From Gammaproteobacteria bacterium (lineage in GTDB: Bacteria; Pseudomonadota; Gammaproteobacteria; SZUA-152), in contig JAADGF010000099.1 of the NCBI GenBank assembly GCA_013152545.1, forward strand, positions 9,906 through 73,905: a DNA stretch of 64,000 nucleotides, given 5' to 3'. The translations under genes were made by a program, and so were the position numbers. Every line of letters begins with the position of its first letter. Positions within the stretch are counted from its first letter, which is position 1. Positions 19,443 to 29,710 of the stretch are shown piece after piece. A model generated the notes under the pieces. The model did not search any database. It saw only the letters and a program-made list of their open reading frames with translations, and was not told the origin of the DNA.

Positions 19443-20402
19443 CTAATGCATTCTAATATTATCAATAAGCCCCGGTGTAAAAAAATTCTCAAACTTATCA
19501 TAAACCAGTTTTGTCGCAGCGACAAACTTTCTCATATCGCTATCAGGAAGTTCAACAATTTCGATCCCATCTTCCTTCGCCTTGTTTTTTGCCTGCTCAC
19601 TATCACGAATAGACTCTGCTCGCTCTTTTCTAGCCGCTTCCACAGACGCCGATTTTATCACTTGCCTTAATTCAGAACTCAGAGATGCCCAAAACTTTTT
19701 CTGCACAATCATCGACGTAAGAAATAAGCTATGTTTTGTATCATTCATTGCTGTTGAGAATGTATTATGTTGCAGTGGATATACCCTTGGCCACGCGCTC
19801 TCACCTCCCATAAAAAAACCATTAGCAACGCCATCGTTAATTTTTTCCAAATCACATGGCACAGGAATAGCGCCGACTGCACGGAAAGTCTCCATTGCAA
19901 AAGGGTTTTTATTTGAACGAATAAAGGTATCCTTAAAATCCTCAATGGAACGAATCGCCTTATTACCGGGTATCATGCGGAAACCACCAGAATACGTAAA
20001 CGCCAAACCATGCACATTTGAATTATCAGCCAACCCCAATCCATCAAGCAACTGCTCTCCAATTTCACCTTCCAGCACATCTTTCGCATGTTCGTGATTA
20101 CGAAAGATAAATGGCATATCCAAGACATGCATATCAGAATTGTACTTTTCCGCCAGCCAAGTCGTGTAGACTTGGCTCATTTCTATTTTTCCGGCATCCA
20201 GCAACGACAATAGATCATGCTTACTGACCAAGACACCATTATTATAGCGTTCAGAATATTCAGTAAGCGTCATTATTTCCACTTCAATCTTTTGCGTTGT
20301 TGTTTTCAAGTTAACAGAAGTGGCAAAGGATTTGGCCGCACGATAAAACAAGCTTAATGGCTCGTGAGCAACAACCCAACGAATGTGAACTGTTTTCTTC
20401 AT
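19443..20402 (-). CDS. DctP-family (TRAP-transporter solute-binding-protein-like) protein with no signal peptide and no DctQM partner genes
   Basis: VLDMPFIFRNHEHAKDVLEGEIGEQLL, IRSIEDFKD..IR and METFRAVGAIPVP are typical DctP blocks. The N-terminus MKKTVHIRWVVAHEP is not a signal peptide. An in-frame stop lies immediately upstream. GGAG RBS. Confidence 0.6.
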   Translation of the reverse strand: MKKTVHIRWVVAHEPLSLFYRAAKSFATSVNLKTTTQKIEVEIMTLTEYSERYNNGVLVSKHDLLSLLDAGKIEMSQVYTTWLAEKYNSDMHVLDMPFIFRNHEHAKDVLEGEIGEQLLDGLGLADNSNVHGLAFTYSGGFRMIPGNKAIRSIEDFKDTFIRSNKNPFAMETFRAVGAIPVPCDLEKINDGVANGFFMGGESAWPRVYPLQHNTFSTAMNDTKHSLFLTSMIVQKKFWASLSSELRQVIKSASVEAARKERAESIRDSEQAKNKAKEDGIEIVELPDSDMRKFVAATKLVYDKFENFFTPGLIDNIRMH

Positions 20403-20457
20403 TTGCATCTCCGTTGATGTACAATTTATCTAAAACATTTTTTGAACAACTAATATT

Positions 20458-20507
20458 TTAGAATAACGATATTCTGGAATAACAATGTTTTGGAATAACA
20501 ATGTTTC
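20458..20507. repeat. 3 x 16-17-bp tandem direct repeats (TGGAATAACAATGTTT) 55-105 bp upstream of the DctP-like gene
   Basis: Seen directly; this could be operator or iteron-like sites. Confidence 0.7.
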
Positions 20508-21187
20508 GCAGGTGAATATAGCGGTAACGTTTTTAGGCTTTATTGCTCATCACCCTATTTCAATTTTATGACAGCCTACCCTACATAGCGACGTTTAAGT
20601 TTCTTGCAACTACCCAACTCACCTAAATACCGCAGGTATGTTTCATTTCCATCCCGACCAACACATTACCCTTTCTCGTCTCCGCCACCACTCTACAATT
20701 CGCTGGCGGGAAAATTGAGCAAATTAACAAAACAGGCAAATATTTGTATTAGTAATATGATCTTATCAATAAGAACCAGGACGGACACCTGAATCATCGT
20801 CACAGCATGCAATACAATTGTGATGTAAAACATTAAAATCAGTACCGTGCTATACAGCAGGATTTTATCGCTTTTTAGCATCCTGTCATTTTTACAGACT
20901 AACACTGATAACAAGGTATTCCACTTAACGCACGATACTCGTCTTGCGTTAACATATTATTACAATGTCAGTTGCAATTTAATTATTACCACATACTTAA
21001 TTAGACTCATTACAATTTGATATTTATTACAACCCAGCACTGTTTCTTAACAAACCAAATATTACTGCTCACCAAGCACGTTGCGTCCAATAAAAAAGTT
21101 CAAAATAGCTTTTTTGATGAGTTTAATGTTATTTATAACAGTAGACAACATGATCTTAGTCATGTTTTGGTGCAAAAATCACAAGGA

Positions 21188-21197
21188 GGGGGGGGGG
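21188..21197. repeat. G10 homopolymeric tract
   Basis: ggaGGGGGGGGGGaga counted directly. It lies in an intergenic or doubtful-ORF region. Confidence 0.7.
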
Positions 21198-21353
21198 AGA
21201 TAAGACTTTTTAAAATCAAAGCAATAAACCCCTTCGATAACGTTGATAAGCACTTACTAGTCTTGGCACGTATAATAACGCAACGAGGATTGCATTCTTA
21301 CGTTAATACTTGGGGGCCATTTTTACCTTGTTGATCGCCTTACATGTCGCTTG

Positions 21354-21440
21354 TATACCCATAGCGTTTGGGGTTTAGGTGTAAAATGTGCGTCATATTC
21401 ATTTCATCGCGAGGCAAAACGAGACATCTCATAGGAATAA
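21354..21440. repeat. Partial copy (left half) of MITE family 1
   Basis: TATACCCATAGCGTTTGGGGTTTAGGTGTAAAATGTGCGTCATATTCATTTCAT... matches the left arm of the copies at 25085, 42665 and 44488. Confidence 0.6.
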
Positions 21441-21459
21441 TGCAAGCAAAACACAAGCG

Positions 21460-22191
21460 TTAATCTACCATTGCGATGAGAACCATCGTTTCTGTTAATT
21501 CAATCAAAGCACCAATGGTATCACCGGTTGCTCCATCAATGCGTTTTACCATAAGATGACGAATTACGATAAAACTGGCAATAAGCACAAAAATAACACC
21601 CCATGCAGCGTTGCCAAGTAACAGAAAAACCGTTAGCAAACTAATAATAATAGATAACATTGAAGCACCAACCGGCACATGTGCGGCTATTTGACACCCC
21701 AAACCACCTTTTCTTACATAAGGTGTTGTCATTAATAACAATGGTACAGTGGCGCGGGATAATAACGGTGGAACAAGCAGATAAAGAAGATGACCAGACT
21801 GCAATATAGCGACTAAGGCGGAAAATTTCAGTATTAGCGTCAACGTAAGGATAACGACCGCCGCAGGCCCACATCGCGGGTCTTTCATTATTTGCAGCGT
21901 TTTGCCCTTATCATTGAAACCACCCGCCCACGCATCTGCGCTATCGGCAAGACCATCTAGGTGCATTCCCCCGGTAAGCAAAACCCAAATTGCCAACAGC
22001 ACTGCCGCATGCAACATTTCTTGTTCGCCTGGCAATAGCCAGGCGAACAAGAACATTACAGAACCGATCATCAACCCCACAATGGGGTAAAATACAACAG
22101 AGTTAGCAACGGAGCGTTCAGAAGGTCTTTCTGGTAAAGAAATGGGAATACGAGTAAGAAATTGCAGCGCAATCAGAAAAGGCTGCATCAT
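21460..22191 (-). CDS. cobS: Adenosylcobinamide-GDP ribazoletransferase (cobalamin synthase CobS)
   Basis: Polytopic membrane protein with the CobS N-terminus MQPFLIALQFLTRIPI and the DGLADSADA motif. Confidence 0.85.
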   Translation of the reverse strand: MMQPFLIALQFLTRIPISLPERPSERSVANSVVFYPIVGLMIGSVMFLFAWLLPGEQEMLHAAVLLAIWVLLTGGMHLDGLADSADAWAGGFNDKGKTLQIMKDPRCGPAAVVILTLTLILKFSALVAILQSGHLLYLLVPPLLSRATVPLLLMTTPYVRKGGLGCQIAAHVPVGASMLSIIISLLTVFLLLGNAAWGVIFVLIASFIVIRHLMVKRIDGATGDTIGALIELTETMVLIAMVD

Positions 22192-22784
22192 ACCGCTTTA
22201 AATAGTTTACCATTACAACAGTTAATCGTTACTTTTTGAGTCTCTAAGTTGACAATGTGCAATGACGCATAGGGAACCGCCAGTTTTAGCAAGTTTTCAA
22301 CAGGTCGTTGCAATAGATGGCTAAGAATGATGCGAATGACTCCCCCGTGGGTAACTACTAATACATTTTTTTCTGCGCTGCTCGACGCGATCCGCTGCCA
22401 CGCAGACAAAACACGTGACTGGAAACAGGCAAGTGATTCACCGCCAGGTGGGGTATTTGTTAATGGTGCCCGCCAAAACAAAGAAAGCGCATCAGGATCT
22501 TTCGCATAAATATCGGCACTGGTCTGCCCCTCCCATTCACCAAAACAAATTTCCCGTAACGCGGTGTCAACATCCATTGCGAGCGCATGTTTTTTGGCAT
22601 AATGCCGAGCAAATTCAGTACACCGGGCCTTAGGAGATGTAATTACTTTGCACCATTGACTATCTGTAGCCATCGTTTGCCACATTTGCTCAGTACCGAT
22701 TTGGCTCAACACGGTGTCCATACTACCACGAAAACACTCAACGCCATTCACTTGCCCATGGCGCAACAAACCGACACGACTCAT
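22188..22784 (-). CDS. cobC: Alpha-ribazole phosphatase (CobC, histidine phosphatase family)
   Basis: LLRHGQ RHG motif; histidine phosphatase fold; position between cobT and cobS; 4-nt overlaps. Confidence 0.75.
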   Translation of the reverse strand: MSRVGLLRHGQVNGVECFRGSMDTVLSQIGTEQMWQTMATDSQWCKVITSPKARCTEFARHYAKKHALAMDVDTALREICFGEWEGQTSADIYAKDPDALSLFWRAPLTNTPPGGESLACFQSRVLSAWQRIASSSAEKNVLVVTHGGVIRIILSHLLQRPVENLLKLAVPYASLHIVNLETQKVTINCCNGKLFKAV

Positions 22785-23842
22785 TCTTTTGGCCCCGAAA
22801 CCGCCGCCTCTCCGAAAGTGGCCATACCATTATGTAAATGACAAGCAAGACGAATAAGCGGAACGGCGGTCGCAGCACCGCTCCCTTCACCGAGACGCAT
22901 AGCTAACGCCAACAGTGGTTGCACACCCATGGCATTGAGTACGATTTGATGCCCCGGTTCTACCGATGCATGTGAGAAAATAAACCAATCAAGAACATCC
23001 ACACACAGATTACTGGCGCAAAGTGCTGCAACCGATGTAATGTAACCATCAATCAGCACTGGCAATCCCGCTTTGGCACAGCTTATATAGCTCCCCGTGA
23101 GTGCCGCAATTTCATAGCCGCCGACACAACGCAATGCATCCAATGGTGAACGAATATTAGCGATATGTAAATCCAGCGCCTGTTGGATTATCTTGCTTTT
23201 ATGCAAAATGCCTGCGGAATCTAGCCCGGTTCCGGGACCCGCCAAGGACTCAGCTGGCAACCCCAAAAGCGCACACGCTAGCGCCGAGGCTGACGTGGTA
23301 TTGCCGATGCCCATTTCGCCAGCCACGAATAACTGAGCACCACCCTGTAACGCCCTCTGCACGGCCTGTCGTCCGGCTTGCAGTGAACGCCCAAGTTGCT
23401 GCTCGTCCATAGCAGCCTGTTGTGTAAAATTAGCCGTACCAGCACCAATACGTAAATTGAAAACCTGCGGTAAAGGCTCCAGATCAGTCACCGTTCCCAG
23501 GTTAATGATTTCCAAAGACGCCGCTAGCGCCTTGGCCAGAACATTAATGGCGGCCCCACCTCGTGCAAAATTACGTATCATTTCGACAGTTACCGCCTGA
23601 GGAAAAGCGGATACAGCTTCTGCCGCCACACCGTGGTCTGCCGCAAATATACTAATGTGTATTTTGTCTGCCGTCGGCTCTTCAGTGCCTTGCATAGCAG
23701 CAAGATGAACCGCAATTTCTTCGAGCCGCCCAAGAGACCCAGGTGGTTTAGTCAGTTTTTGTTGTCGCTCAATAGCCGCTTGTCGTGCAACTTCATTCAA
23801 AGGAGCAACAGATACCTGTAACCATTCACTAAGACTGTGCAC
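22781..23842 (-). CDS. cobT: Nicotinate-nucleotide--dimethylbenzimidazole phosphoribosyltransferase (CobT)
   Basis: CobT hallmarks PGSLGRLEE and GEMGIGNTTSASAL. Confidence 0.85.
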   Translation of the reverse strand: MHSLSEWLQVSVAPLNEVARQAAIERQQKLTKPPGSLGRLEEIAVHLAAMQGTEEPTADKIHISIFAADHGVAAEAVSAFPQAVTVEMIRNFARGGAAINVLAKALAASLEIINLGTVTDLEPLPQVFNLRIGAGTANFTQQAAMDEQQLGRSLQAGRQAVQRALQGGAQLFVAGEMGIGNTTSASALACALLGLPAESLAGPGTGLDSAGILHKSKIIQQALDLHIANIRSPLDALRCVGGYEIAALTGSYISCAKAGLPVLIDGYITSVAALCASNLCVDVLDWFIFSHASVEPGHQIVLNAMGVQPLLALAMRLGEGSGAATAVPLIRLACHLHNGMATFGEAAVSGPKE

Positions 23843-24189
23843 AACAATCTTCCCTTAACATGTAACTTATTATGAAGCTTATGTGATTTATAAAACTTAA
23901 TATTGCTGTAATAATTATTGTTGCAATAACCCTGTAACAGCTCAACATCATTTATGGAACCTAACAAGTAACGACTGAGGCTGCCTTATAATTCTATTGA
24001 AAATACACCTGCTTGAAAACATAAAAAATCGAGGCGAATTAAACGCTAAATCAAGCCTTTAATCAAGTGATTTTTTATTCTCTAATCGCTTGTGGAAATT
24101 TTCAATACCCGAGGCATTTAGGGTTTTGGCATCCTTACACGCTCAAATCATTCCAGGGCGACGGAAAAAGTTAGGAACGTGCATATTCC

Positions 24190-25062
24190 TTATAACTGCT
24201 TCACCGTATACCCTGATTTTTTTAACAATGCAATAATACCCTGTTCACCCACCATGTGTCCTGCGCCAATCACAACAAAATAGTTGTTTTTTGTATTCAA
24301 ATATTGCTTGATTTTTTTCACCATTTTAATATTCCGATCAGTAAATAACGCCTTAAAAAGTGGCTTAAACAAAGGGTTATCGTTTAGTGGCTCTTCCAGT
24401 ACGAGCTTATGCATTTTTGTCACATTGCCGGTTTTCCAAGCATCAATCAGTGTCGCCATAACACTTTCCGCCTCAGATAGCGATGTTAATGAATAACGTA
24501 AAAACAGGTCATCGTCAGTAATATTCAATAATAAATTTAATTGTTCTACACCACTTTCCAACTGTAAAATTGCTTTATTGTTGGCTTGCGCTTTATTTAT
24601 AAAATACCGGTCAATCCCACGCTCGGCTGAAAAACCCAATTGTGTCATTCGCGTAATAGTCAGTGTCAGTGCCGCCATCGTAGGCCGCATTTTAGCAATG
24701 GAAAAATATGCAAGCGAATATTTTTTTAGAAAAGCCTGAAGCAATGATCGCGTTTTTTTGTCCAAATTATCGTAGAGCGTCTCATCTCCTGAGTACACTC
24801 CTTTTGTTAGTAATATTTTTTGTATTTTAACTTGATTAGATTTTAATTCATTGACTTCCACCACCAACGTGTCTGCGATTTCAAATGCTTGTTCAATTGA
24901 AGAATTCAGAGGGTACATTGAGGCTTTAGCCATATGGATAGAGCCATATAAATAAATCACTGCCTTGCTATTTTTTACTTCCCACAAAAATGACTTCGCT
25001 TGCACTGAAATGCAACCAACAGTGAACAGCAGAATCGTAATACACGATATCAGTGACTTCAT
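24190..25062 (-). CDS. TraB/GumN family protein (secreted)
   Basis: Signal peptide; LWEVKN...VIYLYGSIH; C-terminal VVIGAGHMVGEQGIIALLKKSGYTV. Confidence 0.7.
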   Translation of the reverse strand: MKSLISCITILLFTVGCISVQAKSFLWEVKNSKAVIYLYGSIHMAKASMYPLNSSIEQAFEIADTLVVEVNELKSNQVKIQKILLTKGVYSGDETLYDNLDKKTRSLLQAFLKKYSLAYFSIAKMRPTMAALTLTITRMTQLGFSAERGIDRYFINKAQANNKAILQLESGVEQLNLLLNITDDDLFLRYSLTSLSEAESVMATLIDAWKTGNVTKMHKLVLEEPLNDNPLFKPLFKALFTDRNIKMVKKIKQYLNTKNNYFVVIGAGHMVGEQGIIALLKKSGYTVKQL

Positions 25063-25084
25063 GGTGCTATTATTCTTCCAAGTA

Positions 25085-25246
25085 ATATATCCATAGCGCT
25101 TGAGATTTAGGTGTTAAGTGTGCGTCCTTATTCATTTCATGGCAAGGCGAAATGACGAGTAATAGCGGGCTACTGCGAAGAGTTTCAACGCCTCCATGGA
25201 ATGAAGAGGGCGTGCAATGACACCTAAACCTTAATCGCCACGGACA
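25085..25246. mobile_element. MITE family 1, full copy (~160 bp) with terminal inverted repeats
   Basis: Left arm ATATATCCATAGCGCTTGAGATTTAGGTG; right arm CACCTAAACCTTAATCGCCACGGA, which is its inverse; internal similarity to the other copies. Confidence 0.7.
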
Positions 25247-25692
25247 TAATACTGTCATTACTTTAGCTTTAAACGGCTAGCTTTGGATTGCTTAAAAACA
25301 TGCTCGTAATCTCTCCTATATATCTTATAGGTATCACGAAAGTTCTGACACGAGAGTTTGAAAAGAATGCTGGGGTTTTATAGCAACATTTCTCCGTTAA
25401 CGCCAGAGGAAATCTCTCTCCTGGCCCCGCCAGGGCAATGTTTAATGACATAGAATTTGACGATAACCAATTGACAACAATAAAGAAAAACCACTTACTT
25501 GTGTTTTTTTGAAAAACAAGACAGTGTCGTACATTCACTCATTGCAAGTATGGAGTAGAAATCGAAGATAACTCATAAAGACAAAGCTAAACCATCAGGA
25601 AAATTATATCGAGCCATTCCTTATTCACCACAGAGCACTGACAATAAAGTATGTGGCGTAGTTATTCTGCCACCTCTGATTAGGCTAACAAA

Positions 25693-27792
25693 TCAATGGA
25701 CAGGCATCCGCCATGGTTTATTTTGTTTGTAAGTTTCAAGCCGCATTTGGAAAACTTTTAACCGTTCCGCCTGATCCGATGGCCTTAATTGTTTAATCGC
25801 TTTTAATTGTACTTTGATCGCTTTTTCAAACACGCCAATCTCAGCGTACCCTGCTGCTAGGGTATCCAGTAAACCAACTTCATTTTCACTGCTTTGCAAC
25901 AGTTTTTCAACAATGTGAATCGCTCTATTTCCATCACGAAGCTCCTTAATGGGAACAGTGGCCAAGCTCCAAGCTAAATTATTAAGTGCTTCTTTATAGC
26001 CCTGGTCAGACGCAATGGAAAACCACTTAATGGCCTGCTGGTAGTCCCGTTTTACACCTCGTCCCGTGGTATACAAATACCCAAGATTATCCGCAGATGG
26101 TGCATAACCATGATCAGCTGCTCTCTTGTACCATGTGGCGGCCAAGCTTTCATCACTGACAACGCCAGTGCCGTTTTCATACATCTGACCGAGATAATGT
26201 TGTGCCGCTGCCACTCCTTGCTCAGCCGATCTGCCAAGCCATTTTAATGCTTCCGCAATACTGAGATTAACGCCCTCACCAGTTTGATACAACAACCCCA
26301 AATAATATTGACTATAGGCATGATTGTTTTGTGCTGCACGTTGTAACCAATAACTGGCTTTTTCAATATCTTCTCTGATTTGTTGGTTAGCAATATACAT
26401 ACGGGCTACTTTATACTGTGATTCGGTATGGTTTAGTTGTGCTGCCTGTTCGAAGAAATGGAATGCCAATTGTGCATCTTCAGGTACGCCACGCCCCCCT
26501 TCATAAAGTTGGCCTAATATATAAAGAGCTGTTTTGTCACCAGAGTTTGCGGCACGGATCACCCACTGGGCGCCCAATGCCTCATTCTTTTTTACGCCGC
26601 TTCCATTCAGGTACAATATACCTAAACTGTACTGTGCCAAAGAAAAATTACGCTCGGCTGCTAATTGATACCAAGTGGCAGCGGCCGAATAATTTTGAGG
26701 CACACCGCGACCGAATTCATACATTAAGCCTAAAGCAGCTTGCGCGTCGGCAAGTCCTTGATTTGCCGCTAAGCGATACCAATCAAATGCTTTAGAATCA
26801 TCTGCCTTTACGCCACGGCCCGTCGCATAACTTTCGCCCAAATTATACTGGCCAATTGCATCACCTTGACGAGCGGCTTTTTCATACCAGCTTAGTGCTG
26901 TTTGCAAATTTTCCTCCACACCATAACCCCGCGCATACATAACACCAAGATTGGATTGCGCTGGAGCATAGTGATTCGCTGCTGCCCGGTTATACCAGGC
27001 GAGCGATTCTGAAAAATCTCTTTCTACAATTTTACCTTTTTGATAAATAACACCTAAGCTGTATTGAGCTTGTGGAAAATTTTGTTTTGCTGCCTGTTGA
27101 AACCAATATATCGACAGCTCGCTGTTTTGTTCTATAGCACCACCATTAAGATAATATTCTGCCACAATTGTTTGTGCTGCGGGGAATCCAGATGAAGCTG
27201 CTTTCAGAAACCAACTGAAAGCTTCTTTTTCATCCAAAGGAACACCGCGCCCATTCGCATATTTAATACCCATTTGAAATTGGGCATTGGGTAAACCTTG
27301 ATTCGCTGCCTTTTTCGTCCAATAAGCGGACTCTTCCTGGTCTTGCGGCAAGGCGATACCAGTGGAATAAATGATACCCAGATTATTCTGCGCCTCCGCA
27401 TAATCGTATTTTGCCGCTTGCCGATACCAACGAATAGCTTTGATAATGTCTTTATCGACTCCCTGTCCCATCTCATACATGTGTGCAATATTAAACTGGG
27501 CTATCACGTTACCATTGCTTGCTAACGGTAACCATAGCTTATAGGCAGTCTCATAGTCGCTAATATCATAGGCTTCCAACGCCCCATTGTAGATCGCAAT
27601 GTCATGGTCATAAAAAGGCAGCGTTCTCAGCTTTGGTGATTCACCCGTTTGCGAAACAGGTGGCACCGTGGATTGTGAAATAAAGTTATTTTGCTGTGGG
27701 ATATTCGAAGCACAACCTAAACTAACAACAACAGGAATGACGGCTACCCACTTTGAAACACTTCGTATTTTAGCAATATGAGTAAAAAGCAT
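25693..27792 (-). CDS. Sel1-repeat (TPR-like) protein, secreted/possible lipoprotein, about 17 Sel1 repeats
   Basis: Repeated AQxNLGxMYxxGxGVxxDxxxAxxWYxKAAxQG units. N-terminal hydrophobic segment ending VVSLGCAS. Confidence 0.75.
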   Translation of the reverse strand: MLFTHIAKIRSVSKWVAVIPVVVSLGCASNIPQQNNFISQSTVPPVSQTGESPKLRTLPFYDHDIAIYNGALEAYDISDYETAYKLWLPLASNGNVIAQFNIAHMYEMGQGVDKDIIKAIRWYRQAAKYDYAEAQNNLGIIYSTGIALPQDQEESAYWTKKAANQGLPNAQFQMGIKYANGRGVPLDEKEAFSWFLKAASSGFPAAQTIVAEYYLNGGAIEQNSELSIYWFQQAAKQNFPQAQYSLGVIYQKGKIVERDFSESLAWYNRAAANHYAPAQSNLGVMYARGYGVEENLQTALSWYEKAARQGDAIGQYNLGESYATGRGVKADDSKAFDWYRLAANQGLADAQAALGLMYEFGRGVPQNYSAAATWYQLAAERNFSLAQYSLGILYLNGSGVKKNEALGAQWVIRAANSGDKTALYILGQLYEGGRGVPEDAQLAFHFFEQAAQLNHTESQYKVARMYIANQQIREDIEKASYWLQRAAQNNHAYSQYYLGLLYQTGEGVNLSIAEALKWLGRSAEQGVAAAQHYLGQMYENGTGVVSDESLAATWYKRAADHGYAPSADNLGYLYTTGRGVKRDYQQAIKWFSIASDQGYKEALNNLAWSLATVPIKELRDGNRAIHIVEKLLQSSENEVGLLDTLAAGYAEIGVFEKAIKVQLKAIKQLRPSDQAERLKVFQMRLETYKQNKPWRMPVH

Positions 27793-28311
27793 AGTTACAA
27801 CCAAAACAGTAATAGTAAATGACGATGTATTTTTAAATGTAGAATTTTACTGTATCACAAAAAGCTGACTAATAAATAGCTAGTTCAATAACTTTATTAA
27901 ACTCATAAGTTATTGTTTTTTGTAGCAGATATATAAGTTCGCGACATAAAATTTGTTTTTTATACTATTTTGTGGAGTTTACTATTGCAGAACGAATGTA
28001 CTTCGTTTTATCCTAGGGTAATGGCGTAATAGAGTCTGCCATTCGCCTTCCGTTTTTTATGTCATTTCAAATAAACCCTAGTACTTTAATTACGCCGTAA
28101 AAATCACGCGATTTCTGGCACACAATGAAACCAAGGTAGGGGGTGCAACTGACCCAACAACGTAACATCGTTTATTACCCAATGGTTTTTAACATGTAAC
28201 ATTTAGCGCTAACAAGACACTGATAACTGACAACTTGTTTCGCGCCTCAAGCATTGGGCATTACGCCGTGCTTTAAACCCAGTTAATAGAACTCATTAAA
28301 GGATGTTACTT

Positions 28312-29457
28312 ATGTCAAGATTTTGGTCATCAAATCACTGGCATTACCAAGCACTGAGAATAACCCTGATATCAGCTACTGCGTATTTTCTAATGTTTCA
28401 TGCAGTTGGGTTTAGCGATAACGCACAATATGAATGGCCCAAAACAGATTTTTCACGTTCACTGGTGGATTTGCAGGAAATTATATCCGGCGGCCCCCCC
28501 AAGGATGGTATCCCTGCGATTGACAAACCAACATTTATCACTGCAAATCAGGCGGGGAAGTGGTTGGATGACCGTGAGCCTGTCATTGTTGTCGAATTGG
28601 CAGGAAAAACCCGTGCCTACCCACTACAGATATTAATGTATCATGAAATCGTTAATGACGACCTGGCTGGCATTCCTATCAGTGTCACATTTTGCCCACT
28701 CTGTAACGCATCGATTGTGTTTGAGCGCCGTGTTAACGGTAATACATTGGATTTTGGTACCACTGGACGGTTACGAAAAAGTGATATGGTGATGTATGAC
28801 CGACAAACAGAAAGCTGGTGGCAACAGTTTACAGGTACTGCTATTGTTGGCAAATATACGGGCACTGAATTAAAGCAACTCCCCTCCAGCATTGTCGCCT
28901 TCAGTGATTTCCGGCAAAACTATCCCTTGGGAAAAATACTCTCACGCGACACCGGATACTCCCGACCTTACGGCAATAATCCGTATCGAGGCTATGATGA
29001 CATTAACGACCGTCCTTTTTTATTCAGTGATAAACTGGACCCACGCCTCCCACCCATGGAACGAGTCATCGGGATAATGGTCGGAAATAAGAGCAAAATT
29101 TACCCTTACGCCATTATTGAATCAAAATCAATTATTAACGATCATTTTCAGGAAATTCCCCTTGTCATATTCAGTACACCTGGCATGCTGTCGGTACTTG
29201 ATGACGAGATCATCAAAAATTCTAAAACAATTCCATCAGCAAAAGCCTATCGCCGTGAACTTAATGGAAAAATATTAACGTTTCGAATCACTGGCAACAC
29301 CAAAATCATTGACAATCAAACCCAGTCTGTCTGGAATATTTTTGGGCAAGCCGTGGCAGGAAAACTAAAAGGTGAGCGACTGACATCAATTGATAGTGGC
29401 GTACATTTCGCCTTTGCCTGGCTTGCTTTCAGACCAAACACTGAAGTTTACGATTAA
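28312..29457 (+). CDS. DUF3179 domain protein (membrane-anchored or secreted)
   Basis: SGGPPKDGIPAIDKPTF is the motif I associate with DUF3179. ATG 28312 with AAGGA RBS. Confidence 0.55.
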   Translation: MSRFWSSNHWHYQALRITLISATAYFLMFHAVGFSDNAQYEWPKTDFSRSLVDLQEIISGGPPKDGIPAIDKPTFITANQAGKWLDDREPVIVVELAGKTRAYPLQILMYHEIVNDDLAGIPISVTFCPLCNASIVFERRVNGNTLDFGTTGRLRKSDMVMYDRQTESWWQQFTGTAIVGKYTGTELKQLPSSIVAFSDFRQNYPLGKILSRDTGYSRPYGNNPYRGYDDINDRPFLFSDKLDPRLPPMERVIGIMVGNKSKIYPYAIIESKSIINDHFQEIPLVIFSTPGMLSVLDDEIIKNSKTIPSAKAYRRELNGKILTFRITGNTKIIDNQTQSVWNIFGQAVAGKLKGERLTSIDSGVHFAFAWLAFRPNTEVYD

Positions 29458-29640
29458 CACGAAGGAATTATAGTTTTAGGTTTTAAGTATATTTACCCCG
29501 TTAAATGTCCAACGGAGCATTTACTTCATACCCATTTCGCCGCTAAATAATCTGCACGACCCTACAAGACTCTGGGTTGCGTAATAACCTGTTACATAAC
29601 ACGTGAGTTATATAACAATAAAAACTTGAACCGGGTCGGC

Positions 29641-29671
29641 GTGAAGTACGGTTTACATAACCGTACTTCAC
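29641..29671. terminator. 11-bp-stem hairpin (GTGAAGTACGG-tttacataa-CCGTACTTCAC) between convergent genes; possible bidirectional terminator
   Basis: Perfect inverted repeat. On the minus strand a T-run follows only after about 17 nt, so it is not canonical. Confidence 0.3.
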
Positions 29672-29710
29672 TGGATAAACACGACCCAACTAACCAGGTA
29701 AGAAGCGGCA

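Noticed and set aside
19443-20470. Whether the missing signal peptide on the DctP-like protein is a start-codon artefact
   Set aside because: An in-frame stop codon immediately precedes the first possible start, and the upstream sequence encodes no hydrophobic leader in any frame. The absence appears genuine unless there is an indel.
10595-20507. CRISPR array
   Set aside because: The only tandem repeats are 2-3 short units (13-17 bp) with no unique spacers between them, and no cas genes are present.
21017-21334. 105-aa plus-strand ORF spanning the G10 tract
   Set aside because: No RBS or homology. The product contains the translated homopolymer (GGGG), and it lies next to a truncated MITE. 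More likely non-coding.
23843-24189. Possible cobalamin riboswitch upstream of cobT-cobC-cobS
   Set aside because: I searched the minus-strand leader for the B12-box core (GCCACTG and surrounding consensus) and did not find it. No obvious conserved riboswitch structure is visible by eye, but a covariance-model search would be needed to exclude one.
25070-25258. 62-aa ORF on the minus strand
   Set aside because: It is entirely contained within a MITE copy and is an artefact of the element's sequence.
29641-29671. Canonical intrinsic terminator call for the hairpin downstream of the catalase and DUF3179 genes
   Set aside because: The stem is strong, but no U-tract follows directly on either strand. 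I kept it only as a low-confidence hairpin.
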